From contig CBDFJQ010000002.1 in the NCBI GenBank assembly GCA_965248575.1, positions 4,352,001 through 4,416,000 of the forward strand: a stretch of DNA of 64,000 nucleotides. The letters are read 5' to 3'. Below are positions 46,521-57,518 of the stretch, piece after piece. Numbering within the stretch: the stretch's first letter is position 1; the number at the start of each line of letters is the position of its first letter. Origin of the DNA: Planctomycetota bacterium. Lineage in GTDB: Bacteria; Planctomycetota; B15-G4. The notes beneath the pieces were generated by a model. That model searched no databases, was not told the DNA's origin, and saw nothing but the letters and a program-made list of their open reading frames with translations. Both the position numbers and the translations under genes were made by a program.

Positions 46521-49241
46521 TTACGGATCCGGATCGATGACCGTCGTCGAGTCCCGGAACACCCACCAGGTGATCTCGCCCGAGGGCACGTTCCGATTCA
46601 GTGTGAGCGGGCCCGACGTGTTGGGGACGAGCAGCGCGACCAAGCCGTTGGCGTTGTAGCGCGTCACGGAGTAGACCGTCTGGTCCGTCCAACCGGGGTA
46701 CAGCTCCGGCTCAAAGGTGAACTCCAGCGGAAAAGTCGCCAGCTGACTGGGGTCCACCCACGGGTTGGCGACGGCGAAGGCCAATGAACCCGCGTTGACT
46801 CCGCCGAGGTCGAAGGGCGCCTGGAACATGCCCGGCGTCAAGAAGTCCTCTATGTAGGTGGGCGTGCTGTTCTGCTCGTCGGATAGGTCCGTCTCCACGC
46901 CGGGGACGCCGGTGAAACCAGCCACAGGGGTGACGGTGAAGTCCGGGAGTCGTCTGATGGTGCCGTTGTGCCAGGTGAGGAATCCATGCGTCTTGAGGGC
47001 ACCTGCGAGGGTGCGCAGGAAGCGGTAGTACGGTGAGTTGAACGCGTTCTTCTGTGGGATGATGACCGTGTCCGTGGTCGAACTCCCGGTCCCCGCACCG
47101 CCTCCAGTCGGTGGCGTCACCGTCGAGAAGGCCTGCAGGCTGCTCGGCCCGGGGTAGCTGTTGAGGAAGTCGTAGAACTGGCTGTAGTTGAAGCGCTGCC
47201 CGAAGGCCGGCAACAGCTCGATGAGCTGCTGCGTGACCTCGGGGATCATGCCGAAGGTGAAGGTGTTGTTGGCCTCGATCCACGAACGTCGCCCGGCCAA
47301 TGCCGGTGCCTGCGAGGCGATGCGACTGAGCTTGATATTGTCGAAGATGGCGCGGAAGAGGGGGACGGCCCGCGCGTTCTCCATGGGCTTGGGCACCGTG
47401 GTCCCGGGGTGATCCTCGGCGGAGATGGCTGCCGTCACCAGGTCGTGGTGCATCAGATCGATCTCCTCGGAGTAGCGCCCCAAGACGAACTCCTGCGTGA
47501 TGAGCAGCTCCTGGGGGACGGCCGCCCGGATCTCCTTGAGCTGGTCGAGCCGCTTGCGATACATCCAGTTGCCACCGCCCGGGAGGTGGCCGGATCCCTT
47601 GCCGTCCGGCCCGTGGTCGCTGGCATAGCAGGCCGACGTCAGCCAGAAGTCCAGGTACAGGCCGCGCATGTCCGTGAAGTTGGCGATCGCCGCCGTCTGA
47701 CTCACGAACGCGTGACGCCACCACTGCGCGCCCGGGCAAAGCAGCGCGTGCCGCGGCGCCGAGTTGGCGATGAAGCAGAAGTACTCCTCCTCGAGGTCCT
47801 CGTCGAGCATGAACGAATCGTGCACGTCCAGGTGCATCTGCGTGGGTGGCGGCGGATCCACGATCTCCGGATCCAGGTAGTCTGCTGCGGAGGAGCTGTT
47901 CACGTAGGGCGACACGGTGGTGTCGAATTGCTTCTGCGCCTCGCGCACCGCCCCGACAAAGGACGGCAGGCCCGGCAGGTAGCCGCCGTTGTAGAAGAAC
48001 TTCGCAAACTCGTCCGGGAAGTAGGCGCCGTACCATACGGCGTTCACGCAACCACGCAACACACGCGTGATGTTCATCATCTGCCGGTTGAGGATGTCCA
48101 TGCGGTCACCCTGGTACCCGGTGACCATGTAGACTTCGGCCACCAGGTCCTTGGCGTGCTGCGGCATGTTGTTCGCCGGAGATCCCACCGGCCCCTCGTA
48201 CCACGACACCTCGGTCTGGAGGAAGTTGCGGTAGGTGTCCGCGACATCCCACCAGTCGCCGGTGAGGGCGCCGATCCGCACGGCGTAGGGCATGACGTAA
48301 CCCACGCTGTCGAAGATGTTGTCCGGCACATGACGCATGCGGAAGCTCATGTTGCGATCGTTGGACGGACCGGTAGCGTCGATCCACAGCTCCTTCCAGT
48401 AGTCGTCGCCGTCGTTGGCCGTGATGTAGAAGGTGTTGCCGTCCTGTTCGCCGTCGTAGTAGGCGGCCAGGTTCACCGGGAAGAAGTTGGGCCCCGCCGC
48501 GAGGAAGCTCGTGAACGGCTTGGTCTCGTCGGTCGGGTTGGTCACGAGGTTGCCGATAACCCAGGGCAGGACGAGCGTGTCCTTGGGCGTGCTCGGGCCT
48601 TGCATGCTGGAGACGAACATCTCCGGGTGCACCGCCTCCGCGACGTAGTAGTCCGGCTCGACCGGGGACGTCCGGCTCACCGACAGGGAGGTCTCGGTGA
48701 AGGGGCGGCCGGGGAGCACTCGCCAATCGGTGTCCACCTGGTAGTCGGCGGTCTGGCCCTCGAGCGTCACGGTCAGCGACCACTGGATCGTCACGGCGCT
48801 GTTGCCGAGGCCACCAGGGGTGAGCGTCACCGAGTCCAGGGTCAGCGCGTCAAGGCTGCCGAGCGGGCTGGGGTCGCTGGGGTTCCAGCGGTCGACGGAG
48901 CCATCCATCGAGACGTCGAACCACTCGAGCGGATCGGCCGCAGAGCCCGGGCAAATGCCGGCGCCCGTGTACTCGGCGTGATCGCGCGTGAAGCGCACCG
49001 TCCAGGCGCCCGAGCCCTGCGACATGGCCATCGGTCCGGGTACGGGCAGCGGGCGACGCCGCTGGATCTGGGTGACTTCGACACTCGTTCCGGGCGTCAG
49101 GTCGTTGGCGTCGGTGGTGAACGAGACCTCCAGCCAGGTGTTCTCGAGGGTGAACGCACTGGGGATCTGGGCAGGGGAGGAGGCCGCCATCAGGCTGAGG
49201 CCGAGTGCGGTGTGTATCGCGATTCGCAGCATGTTGGTCAT
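46521..49241 (-). CDS. Large secreted protein with probable glycoside-hydrolase-like TIM barrel (DUF6259-like)
   Basis: Signal peptide ending SPAQ; GDWWDVADTYR, PYVN, LCPGAQWW, GLYLD...CYASDH..GH.PGGGNW. Confidence 0.7.
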   Translation of the reverse strand: MTNMLRIAIHTALGLSLMAASSPAQIPSAFTLENTWLEVSFTTDANDLTPGTSVEVTQIQRRRPLPVPGPMAMSQGSGAWTVRFTRDHAEYTGAGICPGSAADPLEWFDVSMDGSVDRWNPSDPSPLGSLDALTLDSVTLTPGGLGNSAVTIQWSLTVTLEGQTADYQVDTDWRVLPGRPFTETSLSVSRTSPVEPDYYVAEAVHPEMFVSSMQGPSTPKDTLVLPWVIGNLVTNPTDETKPFTSFLAAGPNFFPVNLAAYYDGEQDGNTFYITANDGDDYWKELWIDATGPSNDRNMSFRMRHVPDNIFDSVGYVMPYAVRIGALTGDWWDVADTYRNFLQTEVSWYEGPVGSPANNMPQHAKDLVAEVYMVTGYQGDRMDILNRQMMNITRVLRGCVNAVWYGAYFPDEFAKFFYNGGYLPGLPSFVGAVREAQKQFDTTVSPYVNSSSAADYLDPEIVDPPPPTQMHLDVHDSFMLDEDLEEEYFCFIANSAPRHALLCPGAQWWRHAFVSQTAAIANFTDMRGLYLDFWLTSACYASDHGPDGKGSGHLPGGGNWMYRKRLDQLKEIRAAVPQELLITQEFVLGRYSEEIDLMHHDLVTAAISAEDHPGTTVPKPMENARAVPLFRAIFDNIKLSRIASQAPALAGRRSWIEANNTFTFGMIPEVTQQLIELLPAFGQRFNYSQFYDFLNSYPGPSSLQAFSTVTPPTGGGAGTGSSTTDTVIIPQKNAFNSPYYRFLRTLAGALKTHGFLTWHNGTIRRLPDFTVTPVAGFTGVPGVETDLSDEQNSTPTYIEDFLTPGMFQAPFDLGGVNAGSLAFAVANPWVDPSQLATFPLEFTFEPELYPGWTDQTVYSVTRYNANGLVALLVPNTSGPLTLNRNVPSGEITWWVFRDSTTVIDPDP

Positions 49242-49350
49242 GGGATCGCTCGCTGGTTCGGGTGACTGGTTCGGGAGAGAGGATGTTCGAGAGACGCGGT
49301 GCGTGGGCGCGGGGCCGGCGGGCGCGGGGCCCCACTCGGCGAGACGCGCC

Positions 49351-51102
49351 CTACGGACCGAAGGTCGTGAGGTACACGTCGGGAGCCCCCACCGGGACAC
49401 CGGGCGGGAGCGGTAGGACTGTGGGCAACGTCCAACTGCGGCGGTCGTCCCACACCACGGCCCCACGACCGGGGCGCGCAACGACACGCGGATAGGCGGA
49501 GCGCGCCAAGCCCGGGCCGGACGGATCCGCGGACAGACGCGCTGCCTTCTGGAACGTCTGGCCGCCGTCCGTCGAAAAGGTGCCCAGGATCTCCGTGCGT
49601 TCTCCGTATCCGGGATCCGCGCTCATCCAGGCCACGTAGACGGACGACCCCGCCGCGGCAATGCTGGGCCTGGCGAAGGTCGGATAGCCCTTTTCGGGGT
49701 ACGGACTCCCGCCGCGCGACAGCTTGTGTTCGACGGTCCAGACGCCCGAGTTTCCGTCGAGTCGGTTGTAGTAGACGCTCGTCGGTTGGCCCACGAACGG
49801 GGAGTCCACACGACCGTGTACGGCGTGGGCGTTGCCCGCGGCGTCCACTGTCACGTCCAGGAAGATGGCGACGCTGCCGGACTTGTCGAAGCCGGGCAAG
49901 GTGCTGCGCGTCCCCAGCGTGTTGCCGCCGCCGGTCGCCGAGGGTCCGCCGGAGCCGGGCTGCGACACGCCGGATCCCACGGGGGGCGCCGATCCCGCGC
50001 CAGCCCCGACCTTGTTGCCGGAGCCCATGACCGTCGGGTGCCGGTTGTCGATCGCGCCTTCGTGAGTCTGAAAGGTGGTCGCGCCGTCCTTGCTGTAGCG
50101 CGAGTTGACGTAGGTGATCGGCAGGCCGTTGTCGTCCTCTTCCAGTTCCACCCAGGCGGCGAGCACCCTGTGCTGGGTCTGGTTGTCCAGCTGGGTCGCG
50201 TGGGCCACCAGGTTCAGCTGGATCTCGACGCCGTGCGCGCTGAGACGTTGCTCGCCCGGCTCCCAGGTCTGGCCCCAGTCGGTGCTGTGTCGCACCCAGA
50301 CGTCGCGATAGGGCGGATCGCGGTTGTCCAGCCACGCGACGTACACATGACTGCGACCGTCGGTGGCCACCCGGGCGGATTCGGAGTGCCCGATCAGCTC
50401 GATGTTCACCGGTTGCGTGATGGGCGGGACGCTGAACGTCGCGCCGTAGTCCGAGGAGACTGCGTAGTAGACCTGGTCTCGTATGCCGTTGCTCTGGGTC
50501 CACGTGATGTAGACGCGGCCGCCGTTGTCCGCGGCGAGGTGCGGTGGGCTGGCGTACTCACTCGCGACGCCCATTCCCGTCACGCTGTCCACCAGCAGGG
50601 AGGCGGGTGACCAGCTGAGCCCCCCGTCGGTCGAGCGCGAGAAGCCCAGGCCCTCGTGGTCCTCGAGCACCCAGTGCCAGGCGACATAGATCGCCAGGGC
50701 ACCGTCCGTGGCGATGACCGGATCGGCTGCGTTCGGCGGGATCATGGGCGCCGGCATGAGGATGCTCAGCGGGACCTCGGGCGTCGGCATGGACGATCCG
50801 AAGTTCGGCGCCCGGCGGTAGTACACGACCCACTGCGGGTCGCGATAGTCCTGCCACACCATGTGCAGGGTGCCGTCGTTCGTGTCGACCATCTGCGGCA
50901 AGGAGGACGAGGAGGTGCCCAGAGGATCGGAGTCCACGCGCCACTCGGGGCCGACGTTGACTTGCGCCGTCACCCAGGTCGCGGGGACGAGGCAGGCGAA
51001 GAGCAGCAGCGTGATGCTCCTCTTGCTGACCGCATGAACGGGACGCGTCGAGCTGCGATGACTCGCGCACCGGCCGAGGACAGGGCAAAGCGAGACGGTC
51101 AT
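49351..51102 (-). CDS. Secreted BNR/Asp-box repeat (sialidase-like) beta-propeller protein
   Basis: Asp-boxes RSTDGGLSW, SSDYGATF, HSTDWGQTW, YSKDGATTF, FSTDGGQTF; V.W.D.R motifs; start uncertain. Confidence 0.82.
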   Translation of the reverse strand: MTVSLCPVLGRCASHRSSTRPVHAVSKRSITLLLFACLVPATWVTAQVNVGPEWRVDSDPLGTSSSSLPQMVDTNDGTLHMVWQDYRDPQWVVYYRRAPNFGSSMPTPEVPLSILMPAPMIPPNAADPVIATDGALAIYVAWHWVLEDHEGLGFSRSTDGGLSWSPASLLVDSVTGMGVASEYASPPHLAADNGGRVYITWTQSNGIRDQVYYAVSSDYGATFSVPPITQPVNIELIGHSESARVATDGRSHVYVAWLDNRDPPYRDVWVRHSTDWGQTWEPGEQRLSAHGVEIQLNLVAHATQLDNQTQHRVLAAWVELEEDDNGLPITYVNSRYSKDGATTFQTHEGAIDNRHPTVMGSGNKVGAGAGSAPPVGSGVSQPGSGGPSATGGGNTLGTRSTLPGFDKSGSVAIFLDVTVDAAGNAHAVHGRVDSPFVGQPTSVYYNRLDGNSGVWTVEHKLSRGGSPYPEKGYPTFARPSIAAAGSSVYVAWMSADPGYGERTEILGTFSTDGGQTFQKAARLSADPSGPGLARSAYPRVVARPGRGAVVWDDRRSWTLPTVLPLPPGVPVGAPDVYLTTFGP

Positions 51103-51659
51103 GAGACTGCCTCCGGGAGAGGGGGGACGCTCACGAGCTTGAACAAGCGCGACGAATGGGAGAGCCATCCGCCGGTTCGGGTCTGTTCGGCCCCGAGTCT
51201 AGACCGAATCTCCGATCTGTGAGGGTCGTATCCGGAGCAGTCGTCGAGCGACGCGTGCCCGCCTGTACGGATTCATTCACTGGAGAAGGACGACGAGGCC
51301 CGAATCGGCGAAGACACCGACCTGTGCGTCGGCGCGGTCCATCCTCGGAGATACGAACACCGCAGCCAGGCCTTCCCCGTGGAACTGCTGATCGACCGTC
51401 GCGACTCGCCCCATCCGCCATCAGGGAGTCGTGGACAGCACCTCTTCTCTTCTTGGGTGAGCGATCACTCTGGCGGACCATTCTTGAGTTCGCCGAGCAG
51501 GGCCATCTCGGGCGGCCTAACGATGGGACACGAAGGCCAGCGATGTTTCGAGCAGCCTGTCTTGCATGGTGACGGGATCCGTTGCGTAGGTCTGTCGCAC
51601 CAAGACGAACTAAGGAAAGGAACACGAGAGACAACATCCAACCGCCCAGGCTGGACGGA

Positions 51660-52253
51660 CTAATCGGGACCCACAGGGTTCGTTTCGGCCATCGCCGAGT
51701 CACGCATCGCCCGCTTGGCGTCCCGGGCGAAGCGCCGCTGGAGCCCCCGGGCGAGCGGCACCCCCAGTCGCGCTAGCAGCGCCGCCGGGCGGGAGAACGC
51801 CAAGGCTTCGAAACGGACGGTGCCATCGTGATCACACACGACCCGAAATCGCTCTTCGCCGCACTTGGAGTGGCCGGGCAGAGTTCCGAACGAGAAGCCG
51901 GCGCAGTCCTCCTGGTCAATCGTCTCGATCACGCGTCCCGGATTGATTGACCAGAACCCGAGGTGGTGAATCACCGAGGCGAACACCAGATCGGGAGCTG
52001 GCGTCGGCTTCTCGCCGAGCGTGATGATCGAGGTCCAGCGCGGCGGGTACATCGCGAACGCCCAGATCGCCGCGCGAGTACGCTCCAAGACCTCGTCGCC
52101 TCGGCCGAGATCGGCACTGTAGCGATCGACGGCGTAGCCCTCAGGGGGGGCGCCCCCTGCCGACCCGATCTCCGGATACGAGAAGGGCGCGCCAGCGCAA
52201 TCCTCAAGGACTGCCAGAACCTGAGCGCGATTGGGGTGGCGGATCTGGAACAA
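51660..52253 (-). CDS. DUF1990 family protein
   Basis: FSYPEIG...PPEGY..D....LGRG, GFSFGTLPGH..CGEERF.V, FSRPA; start placed at TTG 52253 (uncertain). Confidence 0.85.
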   Translation of the reverse strand: MFQIRHPNRAQVLAVLEDCAGAPFSYPEIGSAGGAPPEGYAVDRYSADLGRGDEVLERTRAAIWAFAMYPPRWTSIITLGEKPTPAPDLVFASVIHHLGFWSINPGRVIETIDQEDCAGFSFGTLPGHSKCGEERFRVVCDHDGTVRFEALAFSRPAALLARLGVPLARGLQRRFARDAKRAMRDSAMAETNPVGPD

Positions 52254-52509
52254 CGGATTGCGGTCTACTGGACGTGGAGGTGGGACCGGCTCGGCCGGCA
52301 ATCGCCCGCGGACGATCGCCAATGCCGACATGCGCAGCATAGAACCAGTGGGTCAGGCGTTCCAGATGCCCACCGGCGGCCACGCGACCTGCTGGCGGTC
52401 GTTGTCCAGCGGGTGCGGACCATGCCGGACGAGATGTGTGATCTCGCTCGTCTTCGTCGAGGCGCTGGTGGATCTCTTGCTGCTGTCGACGGCTTTCGAC
52501 AGCCTCTCG

Positions 52510-53477
52510 TTCGTTCCGTCCGCCGGTGTAGGCGGTGGGTTCGGCCCATTGCAAGTGGTGCCCTCCGCGATCAACTCCCCGCGGTCGATCGATGTCGCGG
52601 ATCTCGACGGGGACGGCGACGTCGACCTCATCGTCGGCACCGCCGGCCCGAACGATCTCTACTGGTTCGAGAACATCGACGGGCAGGCGACCTTCGTGCA
52701 ACATCTGATCGGCACGGGCATTGCACCGATCTTCGCGGTGAGGCCCGGAGACATGGACGAGGACGGCGACACGGATCTCGTGGTGGCGGAAAACCGACTC
52801 GCGTGGTTGGAGAACCTGGATGGCGAGGGGACGTTCAGCAGCTTCCAGACGATCCACCCCACGGGTTTCCGAGACGTGGAGCTCGGCGACGTGGACCGGG
52901 ACGGCGACCTCGACGTCTTGGCCCGGACGACGGGGGACGCGATCCGGTACTTCGAGAACCTGGACGCTGGAAACGCGTTCGCGCCCGGAGCGCAGCCATT
53001 CGTATCCCCGGAAGGCATTGTTGATCAGCTGCTGGTCCTGGGCGAACTGGACGTGGTCTCCGGGGCCCAGAGCCTCGCCGGCCGCTGGTACGCCGCATTC
53101 ACAGCGCCTCTCCCTGGGCATACCTCGGAGGGGGCTCCCCGGGGCTCTCCGGCACGCCCTTCCTCGACGTACTCGGCTCGCTGGAGGCCGGCGAGCCGCT
53201 GGCGCTCGCGTTGACTGATGCGCCAGCAAGCACGCTGGTGCTGGCCTGGCTGTCGATCACTTCCGTGCCGTTCGATGTACTGGGCGGGACCGTCTATGCC
53301 AACCCTCCGACCTCGCAGCTGCTGCGCTCGACGGACGCGCAGGGCGCCTGGTCGCAGTCGATGACGTGGCCCGTGGTTGCCAGCGGCGTTGAGTTCTGGC
53401 TGCAGTTCATCGTGCAGGACGCGAGCGTTCTGGGGGGCCTCACACTGAGCAATGCCGTGACGGCGACCACACCCTGA
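52510..53477 (+). pseudogene. Truncated, frameshifted FG-GAP repeat gene ending in the conserved C-terminal domain
   Basis: DLDGDGDVDL, DMDEDGDTDL, DVDRDGDLDV repeats; frameshift near 53105 into PWAYLGGGSPG...TWP...WLQFIVQD...LSNAVTATTP*; no clear 5' end. Confidence 0.75.
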
Positions 53478-53888
53478 TCCGATCCTGGAAGACGCATGCC
53501 CGGCACGCCATCGGATCATGGGGAGGGCCCTCGCCTTCGCTGGGGTTGTCTCCCTTGACCAGCAGGGCGCCCATCGGGCGAAAGTGGGAGAAGCCCGAGG
53601 GTCGCGAGGGAAGGGGCCTCAACTGGCGGTGGATAGCCTGAGCCCTCTGACCGGTGACCTCGAGATCCAGGACGCCGCTGGTGCTGACGCGTCATCCGGT
53701 CGGATGGGCCGCAGGATACGACTGCTGATGCGCCGGGTCGTCGGCCGATAAGCCCGAAGGTCCAGTCGCCCCGTCCCCGAGATCGAAGGACCCGTCTATG
53801 ATCGGTGACGGGAAACACCATTCGAGAGACCGTGCCCGACGCCGTCGGGCCGGCCGTGTGACACCCCGAATTCTCCTTCACCCATCCC

Positions 53889-56800
53889 ATGCTCGCATCC
53901 CGGTCGCTGCTGCCTTCTGCTCTCGCCATCCTGTTGCTCGTCTCCTCGGCGGCGGCGCAGGTCAGCGGCGTGTCGACCCGTGCGAAACTCCGCACCGTTG
54001 TGCCGACCTCCGGTCCGGGGCTCGGCAATCTCAACTACAGCGCCGGCGAACTGTTCCAGCCGATGAGCGTGCTGAAGAGCCCGCTCGGCCACGGGCGCCC
54101 GGCGATGGTCAAGGGCTGGTTGATGGTGGTCTACAGCCCCGACGGTTCGGGGAGCGGCACCGAGGGCGGCATCGAGTTCTGGGATGTCTCGGACCCGCGG
54201 GCTCCGGTGCTCGCCAAGCAGTACGACAACGCCAAGACGCACGGACTGCGCGAGGCGCACGGTTACGCGTTCAGTCGCGTCGCGGGCCGCAATCATGTCG
54301 TGCTCCAATCGCGACTCGGTCTGCAGTTCTGGGACGTGACCGATCCGATGCAGATATCGTTCACGGGCGAAATCGATCTGCCCGGCATTGACGGCGGCGA
54401 CTACGAGGGTGCGTGGTGGGTCACGTGGCAGCCGCCGTACGTCTACGTGGCCGGGCGTAGCCAAGGGCTGTTCATCATCGACGCCGCGGACCCGGCCCAG
54501 CCCGTGCTCGTGAACCAGGTGCTCACCGGTGCGCTCGGCGGCATCAGCCCTGGCATGGTGTATGTCGTTGGGAACTTCATGGTCCTGACGGAGGCGCAAG
54601 GCAACGGGGTGGCGACGCTCGACCTCTCGGACCCCGTCGACCCGGTGCTGTTCGAGCAGACGTCGGTGCTCAACGGCTACAGCCATCTCTTCGCCGCGGG
54701 CCTCCTGCTGACGTCCGGTGGAAACGGGTCACCCTTCCAGATGAGCGTGTCTGACGTGTCGCACACCGGGGTCATCACGCCCATAGCCTCCATCGGGAGC
54801 GGGCTGGCAAACGGCGGCTACGGTTCGTGGCAGGACGGCTTCTTCCACTCGGGCTTCTCCACGAGCGTGGCCAAGTTCGACGTCGACGCATTGACGCAGG
54901 TCGGTACCGGCACTTCCGGCATCGCCGGGCGCGACGAGGACTTCGGCGAGGTGCTGGGCAACCTGGTCTTCGCGGGCGACGACCACGGCAAGGGCTCGGC
55001 GCTCATCGTGCACGACACGCAACGCGACACGACTGGACCGGAGGTGGACTGGGTCCACCCCGAGGATGGTGCCTCGGATCTCGCGCTCACGACTCGCGTT
55101 GGGGTGTCCATGTCGGACCTGATTGACCTCGACTCCGTGCATGGCGGGACGTTCCGCCTGTCCGTCGCCGGTGGCGCGAGCGTGCCCGCCCGGCGTTCGG
55201 TCTCCCAGGGGATCGTGAACCTCTCGCCCGCACAGCCGCTCCTCCCTCAGACGACCTACGTCGTGGAGGTCGCGGGTCTTCGCGACTCGGTGGGCAACGC
55301 AGGCGGAGCTTTCTCGTCCAGCTTCACGACCGGTGACCCGATGCAGACGCTGCCGGTCGTCTCGATCGATCCGTTGACGCCGGCGCCCACCGGCAGCATC
55401 GCCGTCTTCTCGGCCTCGGCGACCGGGCCCGGCCTGCTGCTCTACAGCTGGGACTTCGGCGACGGCTCGCCGCCCTCCGCGCCCTCGACCGACGGCAGCG
55501 CGGTGCACGTTTACGCACAGCCGGGACGCTACACCGCGACCGCCATGGCGACGAATGTCTTCGGGGCTGGGTCCGCCGCCGGCGTGCAGATCGTGCACCT
55601 ACCACTGACGCCGCTCCCCCCGTCCGGTTCCGGGCCGATCGCCTTTGACGATGGCCGCGTGTTCGTCGTGAACCCGGACAACGGGACGGTCACCGCCCTC
55701 GACGCAACCACGCTCGCCGTGTCGTGGGAGTCGCCCGTCGGCAGCCAGCCGCGCACCCTCGCCCTGTCTCCCACGGGCGTACTCGTGGTCGTTCTCCAGG
55801 AAGACGCCATCGCCCGCTTTCTCGACCCGGCGACCGGGACCATCGTCGGCGGCGCGGATTTCCCGTACGGCAGTCGGCCGTTCGGCGTCGCGGTGAGCCC
55901 CGACGAGAGCGCCGCCTATGTGACGTTCCAGGCGCGGGGTGAACTCTGGAAACTGTCCTCTGCCGGGGCGGTCCTGGGCGTGACGGACCTGGGCGGGTCG
56001 CCCCGCGGTGTCGCCGTCACGGCCGACTCGCAGAAGGTGCTGGTGACGCGCTTCGTGTCGCCCAGTAGCCATGGGGAGGTGTGGCAGGTCGACGCGGCGA
56101 CCATGACTGTCGAGGCGACGCACACGCTCGCCTTCGACCCCGGGCCGGACACCGAGAACAGCGGCCGCGGCGTTCCGAACTACATCACGTCCCTGCGCGT
56201 GAGCCCGGACGGCACGCGCGTGATCATCCCGTCGAAGAAGGACAACGTGGCGCGAGGCCTGTTCGTCGACGGCCAGCTGCTGACGCACGAGAGTCGGACG
56301 CGGACCATCGTCTCGGAGCTGGATCTCGTCGCGGGCGTCGAAGACCTCTCGGCTCGCATCGACCTCGATGATCGGAACATGGCCCAAGCCGTCGCGTGGA
56401 GTCCGCTGGGCGACCTCTTCTTCGCTGCGACGCAGGGGACCAACACCGTGGAGGTCTTCGACGCGTACGCACGGACGTTTGTCGCCAGCCTGCCCACTGG
56501 GCGTGCGCCGCAGGGGCTCGTGTTCAACGGCGATGGCAGCCGACTCTTCGTGCACAACGCCATGTCGCGCACGGTGTCCGTGTTCGACACGACGGCGCTC
56601 CTGGCGGCGACGAGCAACGCGGCGCCGTTGCTGGCAGAGGTTCCGCTCGTCGCGACCGAGGTGCTCAGCCCGCAGGTCCTGCTCGGCAAGCAGTTGTTCC
56701 ATGACGCGGCCGACCCGCGCTTGTCGCTCGACGGCTACATCAGCTGCGCCGGCTGCCATCTCGATGGCGGCAGCGACGGCCAGGTGTGGGACTTCACGCA

Positions 56801-57395
56801 GTCGGGCGAAGGGCTACGCAACACGATCGACCTGTTCGGCCGCGCAGGGACGGGGCACGGCAACGTGCACTGGACCGCGAACTTCGACGAGATCCACGAC
56901 TTCGAGAACGACATCCGGGGCGCGTTCGGCGGGACGGGGCTCATGACCGACGACGACTTTGCGCTGACGAGCGTACCGCTCGGGCTACCGAAGGCCGGGC
57001 TGTCCCCGGAGCTCGATGCATTGGCGGCGTACGTGTCGTCGTTGTCAGAGTTTCCGAAGAGCCCCTACCGACCGAACGCCGGTGAGATGACGCTCGAGGC
57101 ACTCGCCGGGAAGGATCTCTTTGGTCAACTCGGTTGCTCGCAGTGCCACCCGGCGCCCAACTACACGGACGGCCTCTCGCACGATGTGGGTACGCTGCAG
57201 ACCTCCTCGGGGCCGATGACGACTGCGATCGACACGCCCACGCTGCGAGGCGTGTGGGCCTCGCCGCCGTACCTCCACGACGGGCAGGCCGCGACGCTGA
57301 GCGACGTGTTGAACAGCGCCACGCACGGCGGGACGACCGGCCTGACGATGGAGCAACGCGCACGGCTGGTAGCGTACCTCCAGCAGCTGGAGTGA
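53889..57395 (+). CDS. Secreted multidomain protein: LVIVD repeats, Ig-like, PKD, YncE-like propeller, di-heme cytochrome c peroxidase-like domain
   Basis: GIEFWDVSDP and GLFIIDAADP; YSWDFGDG (PKD); GxxPxGxAxS repeats; SCAGCH, CSQCH, TPTLRGVWASPPYLHDG. Confidence 0.9.
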   Translation: MLASRSLLPSALAILLLVSSAAAQVSGVSTRAKLRTVVPTSGPGLGNLNYSAGELFQPMSVLKSPLGHGRPAMVKGWLMVVYSPDGSGSGTEGGIEFWDVSDPRAPVLAKQYDNAKTHGLREAHGYAFSRVAGRNHVVLQSRLGLQFWDVTDPMQISFTGEIDLPGIDGGDYEGAWWVTWQPPYVYVAGRSQGLFIIDAADPAQPVLVNQVLTGALGGISPGMVYVVGNFMVLTEAQGNGVATLDLSDPVDPVLFEQTSVLNGYSHLFAAGLLLTSGGNGSPFQMSVSDVSHTGVITPIASIGSGLANGGYGSWQDGFFHSGFSTSVAKFDVDALTQVGTGTSGIAGRDEDFGEVLGNLVFAGDDHGKGSALIVHDTQRDTTGPEVDWVHPEDGASDLALTTRVGVSMSDLIDLDSVHGGTFRLSVAGGASVPARRSVSQGIVNLSPAQPLLPQTTYVVEVAGLRDSVGNAGGAFSSSFTTGDPMQTLPVVSIDPLTPAPTGSIAVFSASATGPGLLLYSWDFGDGSPPSAPSTDGSAVHVYAQPGRYTATAMATNVFGAGSAAGVQIVHLPLTPLPPSGSGPIAFDDGRVFVVNPDNGTVTALDATTLAVSWESPVGSQPRTLALSPTGVLVVVLQEDAIARFLDPATGTIVGGADFPYGSRPFGVAVSPDESAAYVTFQARGELWKLSSAGAVLGVTDLGGSPRGVAVTADSQKVLVTRFVSPSSHGEVWQVDAATMTVEATHTLAFDPGPDTENSGRGVPNYITSLRVSPDGTRVIIPSKKDNVARGLFVDGQLLTHESRTRTIVSELDLVAGVEDLSARIDLDDRNMAQAVAWSPLGDLFFAATQGTNTVEVFDAYARTFVASLPTGRAPQGLVFNGDGSRLFVHNAMSRTVSVFDTTALLAATSNAAPLLAEVPLVATEVLSPQVLLGKQLFHDAADPRLSLDGYISCAGCHLDGGSDGQVWDFTQSGEGLRNTIDLFGRAGTGHGNVHWTANFDEIHDFENDIRGAFGGTGLMTDDDFALTSVPLGLPKAGLSPELDALAAYVSSLSEFPKSPYRPNAGEMTLEALAGKDLFGQLGCSQCHPAPNYTDGLSHDVGTLQTSSGPMTTAIDTPTLRGVWASPPYLHDGQAATLSDVLNSATHGGTTGLTMEQRARLVAYLQQLE

Positions 57396-57518
57396 GCGGC
57401 GAACTGGCTGAGGGGCCAGCGAGTGCAGCGGCGCCCGAGCGAAGGTCGGCGAGAGCCGCCGGCGCTAGTTACCGACGGTCCATCCGGCGCGCGGGCCACG
57501 CATCGTTCAGCACGCCCT

